Shown here: positions 1 through 14,139 of the stretch, piece after piece
How the letters are laid out: every line of letters begins with the position of its first letter
Numbering within the stretch: the first letter of the stretch is position 1
From: Chiloscyllium plagiosum
Taxonomy: Eukaryota
Reading direction: 5' to 3'
DNA: 64,000 nucleotides
NCBI RefSeq assembly: GCF_004010195.1
Contig: NC_057710.1
Location: 122,357,950 to 122,421,949, forward strand
The notes under the pieces: model-generated
What the model was told of the DNA's origin: nothing
What the model saw: the letters and a program-made list of their open reading frames with translations, nothing else
The model's database searches: none
Translations under genes and position numbers: made by a program

Positions 1-506
1 TTACTTTGTACAGGTTTGAGTTAAAATACTTCCTGATATCTCTCTGCTATAGTCTTTTTTAAAAAAAAAACAATTAATAGATAAACAGTACTTAGTAAGG
101 GGTTAGAGGAGGAGGGCGGGTGGGAGACACTACGGTTGTAGGGTCTCGGGTTTAGCCGCCTTCCTGATTTATATACTCACTGCTTTCCTTCCCGGCTGCC
201 CCTCTGGTTGTCATCACTTCCCCCTGCTGCTCCCGCTCTTTCTGTGAAGAGAAAAAAAAACACCGCTGCCCGCTACCGGTAAGTAATTTTAAAACAAACT
301 GTCTTACCTTAGCTGTAGCCTTCCGGTTTCGTTTAAACTCAGCTGCTGCTCGCACTCAAAATCTGCACCTGTTTGTGATATTTTAGAGGTCTCAGCAAGT
401 TTTGAGAAGATTTTCAGCTCAGATTGAGGTTCTGGATGTAAGTTTGCTCACTGAGCTGGAAGGTTCATTTTCAGACGTTCCGTCACCATACTAGGTATTT
501 TAAAGG

Positions 507-640
507 CCTCATTCCTGAGAAGGGCTTTTGCCCGAAACGTCGATTTTCCTGCTGTTCAGATGCTGCCTGACCTGCTGTGCTTTTCCAGCACCACACTAAT
601 CTAGACTCTAATCTCCAGCATCTGCAGTACCTGCTCCTGC
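507..640 (+). mobile_element. Short Penelope-like (PLE) terminal-repeat insert, family A, with degenerate hammerhead motif
   Basis: cctgagaagggcttttgcccgaaacgtcg...; flanked by a 16-bp direct repeat ctaggtattttaaagg (491-506) / ctaagtattgtaaagg (641-656). Confidence 0.7.
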
Positions 641-656
641 CTAAGTATTGTAAAGG

Positions 657-1560
657 TCTATGCACCTGAATGCCTAAGTCTCTTTGGCCATCCACTGTAC
701 TTAGCTTCATACCTTTAGAATGTACCTTGTTTTTTTGGTCCAAAATCGATAACCTCTCACTTGCTTACATTGAACTCCATCTGCCAGAGTTTTCTCCATT
801 CACTTTGTCTATTAATATCCCTTTGTAGCTATATGCTACCAAGTACACGGTCTTCAATGCCCCCTAACTTTGTGTCATCAGCAAATATGACTTTCAGTGC
901 TAAGTTGTTCATAAATAATGTGAATAATTGAGGCCCTAACACCGATTCTTGTGGGACACCATTGGTCATATCTGCCGATTTGAGTACCTACCTATTTTTC
1001 CTACTTTCTGTGCCCTGCCATGTCAGTAAATTAGCCTCAATTCTGTGGGCATCTACCTTTGTTAAGATTCTCTCATGTGGGACTTTATTAAGTACCTCTG
1101 GAAATCCACAGAAACAACATCCATTGACGTTGCTCTCTCCATTATCTTAGTTACCTCTTCAAAACATTCAATGAGATTTGTCAGGCATGACTGACCTGTT
1201 ATGAATTCATGCTGAGTCTCCTTAATTGGCTGGAAATATTCAATGTGTTCAGTTACATCATCCTTGACTAGATTCCAACAAGTTCCCCACCATAAATGTT
1301 AGGCTAACTAGTCTGTAATTCCCTGACTTTCCTCTTTAGCTCTTGTTAAAAAGCAGAGTGACATGCAATTTTCCAGTCCAAAGAAATGATTCATGTATTT
1401 AGGGAACTCTGAAAGATTACAGTTAGGGCATTTACAATGTGCTCCCCTACTTCCTTTAACACCCTCGGATGGAAAGCATCATGTCTCGAGAATTTGTCAC
1501 TCTTTAATTCCATTAATTTCCACATTACTGATGTTTTCTTAGGTGTCATCTGCAAACTTA
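657..1560 (-). mobile_element. Old CR1-type LINE RT fragment
   Basis: Minus strand encodes QRDLGIQVH and GVPQESVLGPQLF-like RT motifs, with stops and frameshifts. Confidence 0.7.
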
Positions 1561-1579
1561 TTAACTATACCTCCTATGT

Positions 1580-2731
1580 TCACATCCAAATCATTTATAT
1601 AAATGTGTGGCACACCACTGGTCACAGGCCTCCAGTCTGAAAAGCAACCCTCCACCACCACCCTCTTTCTGCTACCGTAGAGCCAGTGCTGCACCCAAAT
1701 GGCTAGTTGTCCCTGTTTTCCTCAGATCTAACCTTGCGAACCAATCTCCCATTAGGAACCTTGTCGAATGCCTTACTGAAGTCCTCTTTGATCACGTCCA
1801 CTGCTCTGCCGTCATCAATCCTTTTTGTTGTTTCTTCAAAAAACTCAATCAAGTTCGTGACACATGATTTCCCATGCACAAAGCCATTATCCCTAATCAG
1901 TCCTTGTCTTTGGGCTGAGGACTAGCAGATGGAGTTTAATTTAGATAAATACGAGGTGCTGCATTTTCGAAAAGCAAATCAAAGCGGGACTTATACACTT
2001 CATAGAAAGGTCCAAGGGGGTGTTGCTGAGCAAAGAGTGCAGGTTCATAGCTCCTTGAAAGTAGAGTCATAGATAGGTAGGATAGTGTAGAAGCCATTTG
2101 GTATGCTTTCCTTTATTGATCAGAGCATTGATCAATGAGAGAATACAGGAGTTGGGAGGTCATGTTGTGGCTGTACGGGACATTGGTTAGGCCACTGTTG
2201 GAATATTGCGTGCAATTCTGGTCTCTTTCCTATCGGAAAGATGTTGTGGAACTTGAAAGGGTTCAGAAAAGGATGTTGCCAAGGTTGGAGGATTTGAGCT
2301 ATAGGGAGAGGCTGAACAGGCTGGGGCTGTTTTCCCTGGTGTGTCAAAGGCTGAGGGGTGACTTTATAGAGGTTTATAAAATCATGAGGGGCTTTGAATA
2401 GGACAAAGCCTCTTCCGTAGGGTGGGGGAGTCCAGAACTAGAGGGCATAGGTTTCAGGTGAGAGGGGAAAGATACAAAGGGACCCAAGGGGGAACCTGTT
2501 CATGCAGAGAGTGGTGAGTGTATGGAATGAGCTGCCAGAGGAAGTGGTGGAGGTTGGTACAATTACAGCATTTAAAAGGCATCTGGATGGGTATATGAAT
2601 AGGAAGGGTTTAGAGGGATGTGGGCCAAGTGCTGGCAAATGGGGCTATATTAATTTAGCATATCTGGTCGACATGGATGAGTTGGACCAAAGGGACTGTT
2701 TCCGTGCTGTACATCACTATGACTCTATGAC
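1580..2731 (+). mobile_element. CR1/HER1 LINE 3' end (1911-2731, +) with inverted 5' part (about 1580-1910, -)
   Basis: LVRPLLEYCVQFWS...LERVQ...RLRGD.IEVYKIM and RVVSVWNELPEEVVE motifs, (ctatga) tail; the upstream piece is RT sequence in the opposite orientation. Confidence 0.85.
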
Positions 2732-2892
2732 TTACATTTATTTAAAACAACCCCTATTCCTGATCCACTATTAATTTCCTGGGACTTCCAGCAAGTTATC
2801 CTTTTCCGTTGTAAATACTGAGACAAAGTAATTATACAATGTGTGTACCATTTCCCGATGTCATCACTTTCAGCCCTTTATCGGGCCCAGGG

Positions 2893-3160
2893 CGTCACTG
2901 GCTAGGCCAACATTATTCTGTTCAGGAGTCACATGTAAGAAGACCAGTTTCCTTTCCTGAAGGACAACAGTGAACCAGATGAGTTTTCCAACACTCAACA
3001 ATGGATTCATAGTCATCATTAGACTCCTAATTCTAGGTTTTTTTTCCAATTCACGTTCCATTATCTGCCATGGCAGGATTTAAACCCAAGTGCCCAGGTC
3101 ATTACTTGTGTCTCTGGTACAGCAGTCCAGCAATAATGCCACCAGGCCATCATCTTCCCA
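2893..3160 (-). mobile_element. tRNA-derived shark SINE (second family, non-HE1)
   Basis: Reverse complement matches the split copy at 47262-47357 / 50870-51095 (gggaagatgatggcctggtggc... A box, gggtttaaatcc B box). Confidence 0.65.
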
Positions 3161-4787
3161 TTGTTGACAAGCTGCTTTCTCTTACTGTATGAAATTCCTT
3201 TTTATTCTTTTTGATGTCCCTAGCAAGTTTCCTTTCATAATCACTTTCAGGAGCTCTTATAAATTGCTTTGTGGTCCTTTAATGGTCCTTTTAATAGCCT
3301 TTGTATATTTCCCATTCAGCAGAATCTGTTCTTTTTTTTTGCATTTTTAAAAGCTTTTTAGTTTTATGCTGCCCCTTAACTCTTTAATTGTCCATAGATA
3401 TTTTTTTCTGCGTAGTGGAGCTTTTCTGTCTTAGGGGTATAAATTGGTTTAGTATCGCACTAAATGTAACCGTAACCATCCTCCCCTTTTCTTCAGTTGT
3501 TTCAGCCATCTGCCAGTTTACTGTGGATCTTAATATCATGGTCGTTCTTAAATCCTGAATAGAAACAGTTTGAATTTGGTTTTAATGTTGTCATTTTAGT
3601 CTGTGTAAATTGTTCCAAATGCAGTGTTTAGCTGTTGTGCAGAATGTGTTACCACTTATCACCTAGTTATTTCACTGATCAGAGATGCGAATGAGAAATG
3701 AGACAACTATTCAGTGTCACCTAATACCGTATGACAGCTAAATGCTGCATTTGGAACTCAAGAGCTAAAAACAACAATTTGCTCATCTACATGCACAAAA
3801 AGCTTTTTAACTGTAGTAATTATTTATTTCTGAGATAGCATTGAATTTCACTGATGCTCTGAATTTCAACTCGACAAGAATCGATTGGTTGCTATTGATT
3901 TCCTTTTTTCATTAGTTTTCCTTTTGTACGTTATGCACATATTTCCTAAATTAGATTTCAAGATTTTACCAAACCATTTGGGTTTAAATATTGCTTTCAC
4001 ATTTTGCAGCTTGATATCACACCCATGCCTGAAGTGTGTGAGTTGTGTTATTTGTAAATTAAAAAGATGCACATCAGCGATGTTTGCTAGCACGAGATGT
4101 AACTTGCTCTTGGTACATTAAATGACAGTGGGTAAATTTGGAAAAGAATGACAGGGAAGCCAGTCCTCAATGGGTACTACACGACCTGGAACTTTTGCAC
4201 TTAGAGAATCATGGAGTGCTAGAGGTTCTTCCTATAGTCTCATGTAATTTCTGAACTCTAACTAGTGACTATTTTCAATTTCCCAGTTGGCAAAGCTAAT
4301 GAGGATAAGCTTAAAGATGAGACAGCTAATCAAGATGAAACTTGAGTGAAGAGATTTTGAACTCACTCACTGCTGAGACTGAACACCGTCAGCTAACCCC
4401 AATCTTTTAATGACCATTAATCTGATTTACTCTAATTCCCATGCATTTTGCAACTTCCACACTCCACCTCAATGTTTAAAACCTTGAATCTACAACATTG
4501 CTTGCTTCCCTGCGTTGTGGATTATCCTGACCATCTTTGCTAACTGGCAACCTGAAACTAAGAAATGGATGTGTTAGGTTTACAGAGACCTGTGCCTGCT
4601 TGTGACTTCACAGACCCAGGCACTCAATTCTTTTCACCTGTCTGACACCATGGAGATCATTTATGCTTTTGTCGTTTGGACATTGAGAAAGCTGCCTGCT
4701 CTGTCTGCCCAATGATGTTCATATGAGGCCCGATCAATATTGATGGTGAGTATGAACCATCAGCGATAATTGCAGCATTTATAAATA

Positions 4788-5006
4788 CAGTCAGTTCTGA
4801 TAGAACGCGATAGTTCCATTTTTAGGTGATCTCACGTTATAAGAAAATCATGTAATAGCTGCACCATTTAAACTAATGGGGTCAGAATAGTGTTGCAGTC
4901 AATACAGGGAAGGAAAGTTCGTATTCTACAAATAATGGTCTGAATTCTTCAATCGCACTAAAGCCAATTCACATTGAAGAAACACACATTATAGCAGAAC
5001 TGATTG
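4788..5006. mobile_element. Tc1/mariner (Tigger-like) MITE
   Basis: TA-CAGTCAGTTCTGATAGAAC...ATTATAGCAGAACTGATTG-TA: imperfect TIRs of about 22 bp and TA target duplication. Confidence 0.8.
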
Positions 5007-5080
5007 TAGCCCACATTGGGGAGCCTGGAGCTTGTAGCTGGCTGATCTCTTACAGCCAGGCTGTATTTGTTAATACATGA

Positions 5081-5175
5081 GGGCTGAAGAAGGGCTTATG
5101 CCCGAAAAGTCGATTCTCCTGTTCCCTGGATGCTGCCTGACCTGCTGTGCTTTTCCAGCAACACATTTTCAGCTA
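5081..5175 (+). mobile_element. Short PLE terminal-repeat insert, family A
   Basis: ctgaagaagggcttatgcccgaaaagtcg...ttttcagct; flanks taatacatga / taatacacatga. Confidence 0.75.
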
Positions 5176-5359
5176 TAATACACATGACACAAATTTCCAG
5201 CACCCACTGAATTTCTGATACTGCAGAGGTAGTACATATTCACAGAGCCAAGAGGGCTTTTCCCTCAGATAGTAGGTATGTGCTCTGTTCTATAAATATG
5301 GTGTTGTAATTTTAGTCTTTGTAAATTGCTGGCTTTATCCTTTGCTTTGTTCCAAATGG

Positions 5360-5700
5360 TGAGGCCCATTGAGTTTGATCTGCCATTCATTCATGGCTGA
5401 TAAGGTTCTCAACCTCATTCTCTTGCTTTTTCCCCATCACCCTTGATCCCCTTGATACTCAAGAACCTATCTCAATCTTCAATATACTCAGTGACCTGGC
5501 CTCCACAGCCTTCTGTTGCAGTGAATTCCAAAGATTCAACACTCTCTGGCTGAAGACGTTTCTCCTTATCTCTATTCTAAAAGGTCTTCCCTTCACTCTA
5601 AAGCTGTGCCCTTTGGTTCTGGTCTCTCCTACCAAGGGAAACATCTTCCCAACGTCCACTCTGTCCAGGCCATTCAGTATTCTGTAAGTTTCAATTAGAT
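5360..5700 (-). mobile_element. CR1 LINE 3' end
   Basis: LIETYRILNGLDRVD...FSQRVLNLWNSL. Confidence 0.85.
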
Positions 5701-6669
5701 TCAATTAGATTCACCTTTTCATGAAAGTGATGCTTACATTTTTGAACCCACTGTACTTCAGGCAGTATTATGCAGATAACTGCAAAGCAGCTCCGTGAGA
5801 TTTGAACGTTTTCCTCATGTATTGACTTCTGTTCTAACATCTAACATGACAGCCGGCATTGTATTGTTTATCTATTTCAGTTTTAGAAAAGATTCTTTTA
5901 ATCATACAAACAGTCCCATAAAACACATCAGAAAAATTCAAACATTATACCTTCTTAATATTTAATTCTGGGAAATGTTCTGCCTTAGCATAACAGCAAG
6001 AAGATTCAATGACAATAGGAAGCTCAGCCTTTCTGCAGGGGTTAGGAAATTGTGTCTGATGTCCAGTGGCCTATGCTGTAGCCATACATGTCAAATACAG
6101 TGTAGTGAAAATTCTCTCTTGCTGTTACTGAAGGGACAGAATTTTCCTTTCCCTAACCAGTGGGCTTGCTGACAGGATGGAGAGGTCTGCACTGACCACT
6201 CTATAGTATTGCAGAGGAAGGAGTGAATCCTTGTCCAACTGCACTTACAGCTTGAGCCCCTTACATATTTTCTTTATTCTTTCTTGGGATAAGTGTATTG
6301 CTGGATACACAAGCATTTCACCCCCTCAGTACACTCCTCACACCTCACCTCCCCTTCTATCTGCAAGACCTCCCTCCTACACTTAATTGGTCATGGATTC
6401 CAGAACCTCCCACCTGGAACTGCCTGTAGACTTAGTCCCAGTCCTGTTCACTGCAGCGTCTGGTACTGCTAGGACTGGACAGCTGCCAGCCAATCTGATT
6501 GCTGGAGGTTCTATAGGAGCAAGTTACTGCAGATGCTGAATCTGTACTGAAAACAACCAATGCTGGAGATCATAGCAGGTCACACGGTATCCACAGAGAC
6601 ACAGCAATCAGACCTGAGAAAGAGTCATCTAGACTTGAAATGTTAACTTGCTCCCATATATCTGCTGTA

Positions 6670-7180
6670 CTCGTCTTTCTAGTGGTCATGGGTTTAGAAA
6701 GTGTTGTCAAAGAAGACTGAGTGAGTTACTGTGGTGTATCTTGTAGATGGTACTCATTGCTGATACTGTGCCAACAGTGAAGGTAGTGAATGTCGAAGAT
6801 GGCAGATGTGGTGCCATACAAGGGCGTTGCTTTCTCCTGGATTGTGTCAAATTTCTGGAGTATAATAAGAGATATTTTCATCCAAGCAAATGGTCAGTAT
6901 TCCATTACACCCTTGACTTACACATTGTAGATGATAGAAAAGCATTAAGTAGACAAGAAGTAAGTTACTCACTGCAGAATGCCTAGCCACAGTATTTATG
7001 GCTAGTCCTGGTCTATTAGTTCCTGGTCTCTGATAGATCTCAGATGTTGACAGTTGGGGATTCAGAGATGTTACTGTCACTGAATGTCAAGGGACAATGG
7101 TTAGATTTTGTCTTGTTGGAGATGAGCATTGCCTGTCATATGTGTCGACATAAATGTTATTTGCCACTTTTCAGCCCAAC
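6670..7180 (-). mobile_element. LINE RT fragment (same family as 53255-56100)
   Basis: Homologous to 53400-53810 (gtatcttgtagatggta..., tactcactgcag...). Confidence 0.65.
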
Positions 7181-7639
7181 CTTCTGCCCTGATTGGTTTT
7201 GGATTTGCTCAGATTGCTAGAAGCTAGTTAGAAAAAGAGTCATTTTCTTGCATGCAGAATCTTCAAGAGTGCCTTTCACAGCACACCAGTGCTCACATGA
7301 AAACATGAATTCCTCAACTGACCAGCAGCCTCGAGTACATCAGTCCACTAGCACACACAGACCAAGGTTGAATCTTGTTTTTATTGCCCGTGTCTGAACA
7401 CTCTTTAAGAGTGAAAATACAATGACCTCTCGCCCAGACTGTTGTCTTTTCTCCCATTGTGTTCATGGTCTCAAATAACAGCAGGAGAGTACAGATTAGG
7501 TTGAAACACATTTCCCCCTTTGAGGCTTCTTTGACACCGTCAAGTATAGTTTTTGAGAATTCCTCTACGGAGTGTGGCTGGATTTACATCCACAGTCATT
7601 TTTTTGTTGTATCTCCATTATTAAAAGGAAACAAAGTTA

Positions 7640-8035
7640 GAGTCATAGAGTCATAGAAATATACAGCACGGAAACAGACCCTTCGGTCCAACCCATCCAT
7701 GCTGACCAGATATCCCAACCCAATCAAGTCCCACCTGTCAGCACCCGGCCCATATCCCTCCAAACCCTTCCTATTCATGTACCCATCCAAATGCCTCTTA
7801 AATGTTGCAATNNNNNNNNNNNNNNNNNNNNNNNNNNNNNNNNNNNNNNNNNNNNNNNNNNNNNNNNNNNNNNNNNNNNNNNNNNNNNNNNNNNNNNNNN
7901 NNNNNNNNNNTTCCGATAGGAAGGAGACCAGAATTGCACACAATCTTCTAACAGTGGCCTAACCAATGTCCTGTACAGCTGCAACATGACCTCCCAACTC
8001 CTGTACTCAATACTCTTACCAATAAAGGAAAACAT
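7640..8035 (-). mobile_element. CR1/HER1 LINE 3' end spanning an N gap (7812-7910)
   Basis: FKRHLDGYMNRKGLEGYGP and LVRPLLEDCVQFWSP; (ctatga)n tail. Confidence 0.85.
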
Positions 8036-8759
8036 TGTAGTTAAAAGCTCTGTATATCCATACGTGATCTAGGATCATGAAAGCTAGCTATGTGACTCCA
8101 ATAATGGAGAATTTGCCCACTGATTCCCATTGACTCCAGATGTGCCAGGGCTCCTTGATGCTACACTCACTTGAATGCTATCTTGATGTAAGGACGATCT
8201 CTATGACCCCACCTCTCTGAGCAAGGTCCAGAAGTCCCCTCTATAGCCAGTTAACAAACACTCAAAATGGACTGGGATAGCAAGCAAATTCACCCCAAAA
8301 TTCTGCAGGAACATTTGATGATGGGACGTTGTTTCCACAAGTTGAGCTGTCAGAATCTGTGAATAGCTGCTCCTCTGATTACAGGCCAGTTTTCTGTCAG
8401 ATTTGTTGCTGATAGGCACACGTCAGCAGAAACCATGGGAGAGAAGCAGCCAATGATTGGGGCAACAGTGAGAAGATGATGCTACCAGTCAACTGAAGGT
8501 GGTGGAAGGCAGGGAACACGAATTGAAGCCATGCTGGAAGATCAAAGCTCGTGGGGATGAAATTATGGGGGATAAGATCTGCAATTCGGAACTGGGGTTA
8601 CGAAAGAGAATCTGAAAAGGCAGGGGAAGGAAGAGGGTCTGTAAGAGGGAGAATGTGTGTACAAAGGGGTGAGAGGAGTTTTACATGTTTCAACAAAGGA
8701 ATACTCATTTATGTTAAGTTGGTGGATTGTCTTGCATGGCTTGTAACAGTTTAGCGAAG

Positions 8760-9125
8760 TAAAAGGTGAATTAATTGAAGCATAAAAACCTGAGGGATCT
8801 TGACATAATTGATGTGGAGAGAATGTTTCCTCTTATGGGGGAATCTAGAACTAATGGTCACTGTTTAAAAGTAAAGACACCCATTTCAAACAGATGAGAC
8901 AATTTTTTTTTCAAAGTCCTGAGCTTTTGGAACTGTCTTCCTCAAAAAAGGTGGAAACAGAACATTTGAGTATTGTTAAGGTTGAGGGGGATAGATTATA
9001 GGAAAGTAAAGGTGTGAAAAGTTATTAGAATAGATGGGAATGTGGATTTGAGTTTGCAATCAGATAACCCATGATCTGATCAAATGGTGGAGCAGGTGCA
9101 TGAAGCAGAATGATCTCCTTGTTTG
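8760..9125 (+). mobile_element. Degraded CR1 3' end
   Basis: ggtgaattaattgaagcata...gaatctagaactaatggtcac...tggaactgtcttcctc, typical CR1 3' motifs. Confidence 0.65.
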
Positions 9126-9369
9126 TATGGAAGTGGAAATCAGAAAAATTGAAAATGAATGTGGAGTCTCTAGCTTAAGGCTACAGAGTTTTGGGAACAA
9201 ACGTGGAAATAAAGTAGTGGATACTATTACAATAATCACGCTGTATTCAATAACTTAATACTGAAGAGTTTTATTAAACAGAAATTTAAATTTATGTGTT
9301 ATCACATCAAAAGTATCTCACATGCTAAGAATTACTTGATGTGCAGTGACTGTTTTGGAGACAAACATA

Positions 9370-10460
9370 CAATTTTCCAAGAGACGTTTGATAAGGTATC
9401 AAACATAAAACTAGGATAAAAGGGACATTCTTAGGATGACAATCTGTTATGAATGGAGTGCTATAGGGATCAGTGCTAGGGCCACAATTATTTACAATAC
9501 ATAGTAGTGACTTGGATGACAGAAGTGAATGTACTATCAAAAAGCTTAGAGATGTTCCAAAAATAGGTTGGAAGGCAAATAACAAGGCTGACATAAAGAG
9601 TTTACAGAGAGTATAGACAGTTCAAGCGAGTGGACAAAAACTTGACAGATGGGATATAATGTGGGAAAATCTGTGAAGTTGCACTTTGGCAGGAGGAATA
9701 GAGGAGCTGGATATTATTTAAATGATATAAGATTGCAGAAAGTAACATCATGGGAATTTGGGGATCCTCATGCAAGAATGACAAAAGGGCAGCATCCAAC
9801 TTCACTGCGTAATAGAGAAGACAAAGGCACTTTTGGCCTTATGCCAAAGGGAATGGAGTATAAAATAGATAGTTCTTATTAAAAGTGTACAAGGCAATAG
9901 GTAGACCATAGCTGGAATACTGTGAACAGTTTTGTCCTCTTATCTAAGGACATATATGCTGCCATTGGCTCTTTGATCCTGGGTTTGTGGGGATTTTCTG
10001 ATGGAGAGAGGTTGCGTAGGTTGAGCTTGTACTCATTGGAGTTTAGTAGAATGAGAGGAGAACTTACTGATGCATTTATAATGTTTGGGGTGGGAGCAGG
10101 ATAGAGCACAGCATGGTAGATGCTATGATGTTGCTTTCCTTGTGGGAGGGTCTTGGACCTGAGGACATAATCTCAGAGTAAGGAGTCACTTATTTAAAAC
10201 AGAGATGAGGAAGAATTTCTTCTTTCAGACAGTAGTGAATATTTGGAATTCTTTTCCACAGAGAGTTTTCAAGGCTGGGTCATTAACTATACTGAAGGCT
10301 GAGATAGACAGATTTTTAATGAGTAAAGCAATCAAAGGTTATGTTGAAAAGGCATCAAAGTAGAGTTGAGGATTATTAAATCGGTCATTATCATATTGAA
10401 TGGCAGAACAGGCACGATGGGCTAAATAGCCTACTTCTGTTCCAACATCATATGGTCCTC
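9370..10460 (+). mobile_element. CR1 LINE RT and 3' end
   Basis: GSVLGPQLFTI..DLD, RP.LEYC.QF, LYSLEFSRMRGEL motifs with stops. Confidence 0.85.
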
Positions 10461-10820
10461 TTGTCCTAGAGAAAATATCAAGACCAGCTCTTGATGGGGG
10501 GAAGGGAGTTATATTGAACCTTACAAGGGGATGTGTTCACCACTTCAGATAATGAAGGAGACAACCCCACCGAAACAATCCTGGACAATGTTTATATATA
10601 CGCTTTATTACAATAACTGGCAAGTTTTTTATGGAAACAAAATGAAAATTCCTAAACATAAGCTCCATGTTTTATTGACTTAAAGGGTACAGAGATTTGC
10701 TTTAAAGGGAATTGTAAAACAGAAACATGACATTAATGTTGTTACTTTAATACATTTTGTGTGCTTTAATTTTTCTTTGGTCATGTCCTTCAACTGTAAA
10801 TGTAGTTTGTCCTCTGGTAA

Positions 10821-11048
<228 letters not shown>

Positions 11049-11204
11049 TGAGTTTCAGGCTTCATTCATTTGTAAGAACAATTTTGTTTAAAAACCATAG
11101 AAATACTTGAATGAAAGCTAGATATATTGCAGAATTAAAATTTTGAAATGCAACCAGCATCTTTTAAAATTTGGTCTCCCGTAGTCACTAGGGGAATCTC
11201 AGTT

Positions 11205-11524
11205 TTAGATTAGATTCCCTACGGTATGGAAACAGGCCCTTTGGCCCAAAACGTCCGCTCCGAAGAGCAACCCACCCAGACCCATTCCCCTACATTTACC
11301 TGCTGACTAATGTACCTCAAACTACGGGCAATTTAGCATGGCCAATTCACCTGACCTGCACATCTTTGGACTGTGGGGGGAAACCGAAGCACCCAGAGGA
11401 AACCCACGCAGACACTGGGAGAATCTGCAAACTCCACACAGGCTGTCACCCGAGGCTGGAACCGAGCCTGGGACCCTGGTGCTGTGAGGCAGTAGTGCTA
11501 ACCACTGAGCCACCATACCGCCCC
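11205..11524 (-). mobile_element. HE1-type V-SINE
   Basis: tRNA head (ggtggctcagtggttagcactactgcctcacagc), V core (gggtttcctctgggtgc), CR1-like tail with (aatct)n. Confidence 0.9.
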
Positions 11525-11707
11525 AAAGTAACTGAAGGAATGAAGCACCGGGCAGCGCCCGTAGTTAACTGGACGTGAACATGCGACCAGACGGATTTCA
11601 AGGAAAAATCGAAGTAACTACTGAGCTAAACTGTCGCCCTTCCCGTCACTTTTTGTGAAGCACTACTTTTTAAATATTTGTTTATAAAATTGTTTAATAA
11701 GTTTACA

Positions 11708-11949
11708 TTAGATTAGATTAGATTTCCTACAGTGTGGAAACAGGCCCTTCGGCCCAACCAGTCCACACCGACCGTCCGAAGAGTAACCCACCCAGACCCA
11801 TTTCTCTCTGAATGATGCACCTAACACTATGGGCAATTTAGCATGGCCAATTCACCTGACCTGCACATCTTTGGACTGTGGGAGGAAACCGGAGCACCCG
11901 GAGGAAACCCACACAGACACGGGGAGAATGTGCAAGCTCCACACAGACT
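11708..11949 (-). mobile_element. HE1-type V-SINE, 5' truncated
   Basis: V core and tail present, tRNA head missing. Confidence 0.88.
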
Positions 11950-12930
11950 ACATACTGTTACATTTATTATTGATGTGAAAACTAAAACTATATAGAAAAT
12001 GCTGAAAATAGGGGCAGTAGCATCAAAGTGCAGCAATGTGGTTTTGTGTCAGGGAAGTCCTAATTTCCATGGGGCTAATGTTGCAAACATGTTGAAAGTC
12101 CGACAGCAGTGTGGCCTGGCCATTGGAGCAACCAGACCCAACCCAGATACAACATTTTTCGCCCAAACCATAAGTTTCGCTGGGGTCTCATTTGGATGGA
12201 TGTTCTGGTCACTCTAAAAGTGGTCTCTGATGCTGCAGCAGCCATGAGTGAGAACAGAGGAAAGGGTATTTCAACTTCATGATGGTGAATTACAGGGACT
12301 ACTGAAGCCTCTGTTTATAAGATTGTTACCAGTGGGAAAACCTAGCCAAAGTTCGGCCCTCTATTATTGTTTGGTAAATTTGGCGCTCACCTCTGAGGTC
12401 TGAATCATGAGCTAGACTCCAGCCAAATGTCTGCCCACTGGAGCCTTCCCCTACAAAAGGGGCCATGGAGGCAATGTTTAAAAACAGTCATAGCCAATGG
12501 CACCAACTATAGAATCTCAAACCATTAAATACCTTTTTTTTAAACGATATCTCCTTACCACCACACCTTCCCTTTCAGGTGCCCAAGATACACCCTAAAA
12601 GGAATGGGTTAAGTTGGGGTCAACACTAGTGTGGTAGTTGGGTGACCCCAGCAGAGTCAGGGGCAGAGCTCACTCTCCCTGAGCCGTTCCCTTGCATTTC
12701 TTTGGGATGGAGGATTTCCAGCTGTTATATCTGCTGAAACTAACAGAAGTTTGAGACATTGAGGCCATTGCAGAGATAGCCAGCAATAAATGAAGCATGA
12801 AAGGATTTTCGGTTCTGCATTTGACTGGGTTTCACACTGGAACTTACATTATAAATCATAGGAAGGCAAACAGCACTTGAAGCAAATTGTGCACACAATG
12901 GAAATTGATCCAGGTTTTGGAAAAAAATGA

Positions 12931-13080
<150 letters not shown>

Positions 13081-13769
13081 TGATTTTCCTTCAATACTTG
13101 ACATTATATTCACAGTAAAGTGACAGTGAAGATCATAATAAATGCAACCAAGGAACTTAACTCATCATATTCTATACATGCTGAGAGATAAACTCCAGTT
13201 GTCTGTTCACTGACACCATGGGCTTGATTTTCCTCAGCTCTCCTGAACATAATACAGGAATATTGTGGTAGAAGACGAGGGAAAACAGATGGGAAAGCTT
13301 TTCCACTCCTCACCCCCTCCCAAATCCCACTCAATCTCTCTTCAATGCTACTTTTTGTGCACTCAGCTGTGAGCCCAGTCCTGCATGTGCCCCGTGAATC
13401 TTTTCTACATGAAATTGTAGGGAAGATGAGGTAGACAAAGTTACCTTCCTGGTAAAGTACAGTCAACCTCAGGTAAAATCAGCAAAGGGATAGCAGCTTG
13501 GTGTTGAACAAAGACATCACTTTGTCCTTTATAGGTTGGGGAAATCTTGGATTTTCTCTCCTCCATTGGGTTGATGAATGGAGGAGGGGTAGGGACAGTC
13601 AGAAGCAAGCACTTTCATAGAGCTGATCAAATGGGCTGCTATCTGTTTCCTAACATCAACTAGTCACTTTATGATTGTCAACCCGAAACTCACAATGAAA
13701 GCCCCAGCTGCACCAAGAAATGGTACCCATTTTGAGTAGGTTGTCAACATGATTTTTTAAGTCAAATGA

Positions 13770-14139
13770 AAAATCACACAATACCAGGTTATAGCCCAAC
13801 AGATTTATTTGGAAACACTAGCTTTGGGAGTGCCTATTGTAAAAGTTCATTTGAGAATGCAACTTTAAGAAAGTTCTGGAATTTACATATGAAAGAACTG
13901 AAACCAACATGCATTCTTAAAGATGAGAGACTTAACAAAAAATCCCAGTCTTTTTCAATATATAATTTTAATTACATCACACTGCAAACTTTTGCTATAA
14001 ATTTGCATGTCTTACAATCTTATACTCCACAACCACCTGATGAAGGAGCAGTGCTCTGAACGCTAGTGCTTCCAAGTAAATCTGTTGGACTATAACCTGA
14101 CTTTGTACACCCCAGTCCAACAATGGCACCTCCAAATCA
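13770..14139 (+). mobile_element. PLE-derived insert, family B, with inverted terminal segments and degenerate hammerhead motif
   Basis: ccaggttatagcccaacagatttatttggaaacactagc is inverted to gctagtgcttccaagtaaatctgttggactataacctg; CTGATGA-aggagcagtgctct-GAAC; 12-bp TSD taagtcaaatga (13758-13769) / taagtccaatga (14140-14151). Confidence 0.7.

Noticed and set aside
80-360. CpG-rich segment resembling a promoter or first exon on -
   Set aside because: More likely the 5' region of a young LINE cut by the window edge; cannot be supported either way from this sequence
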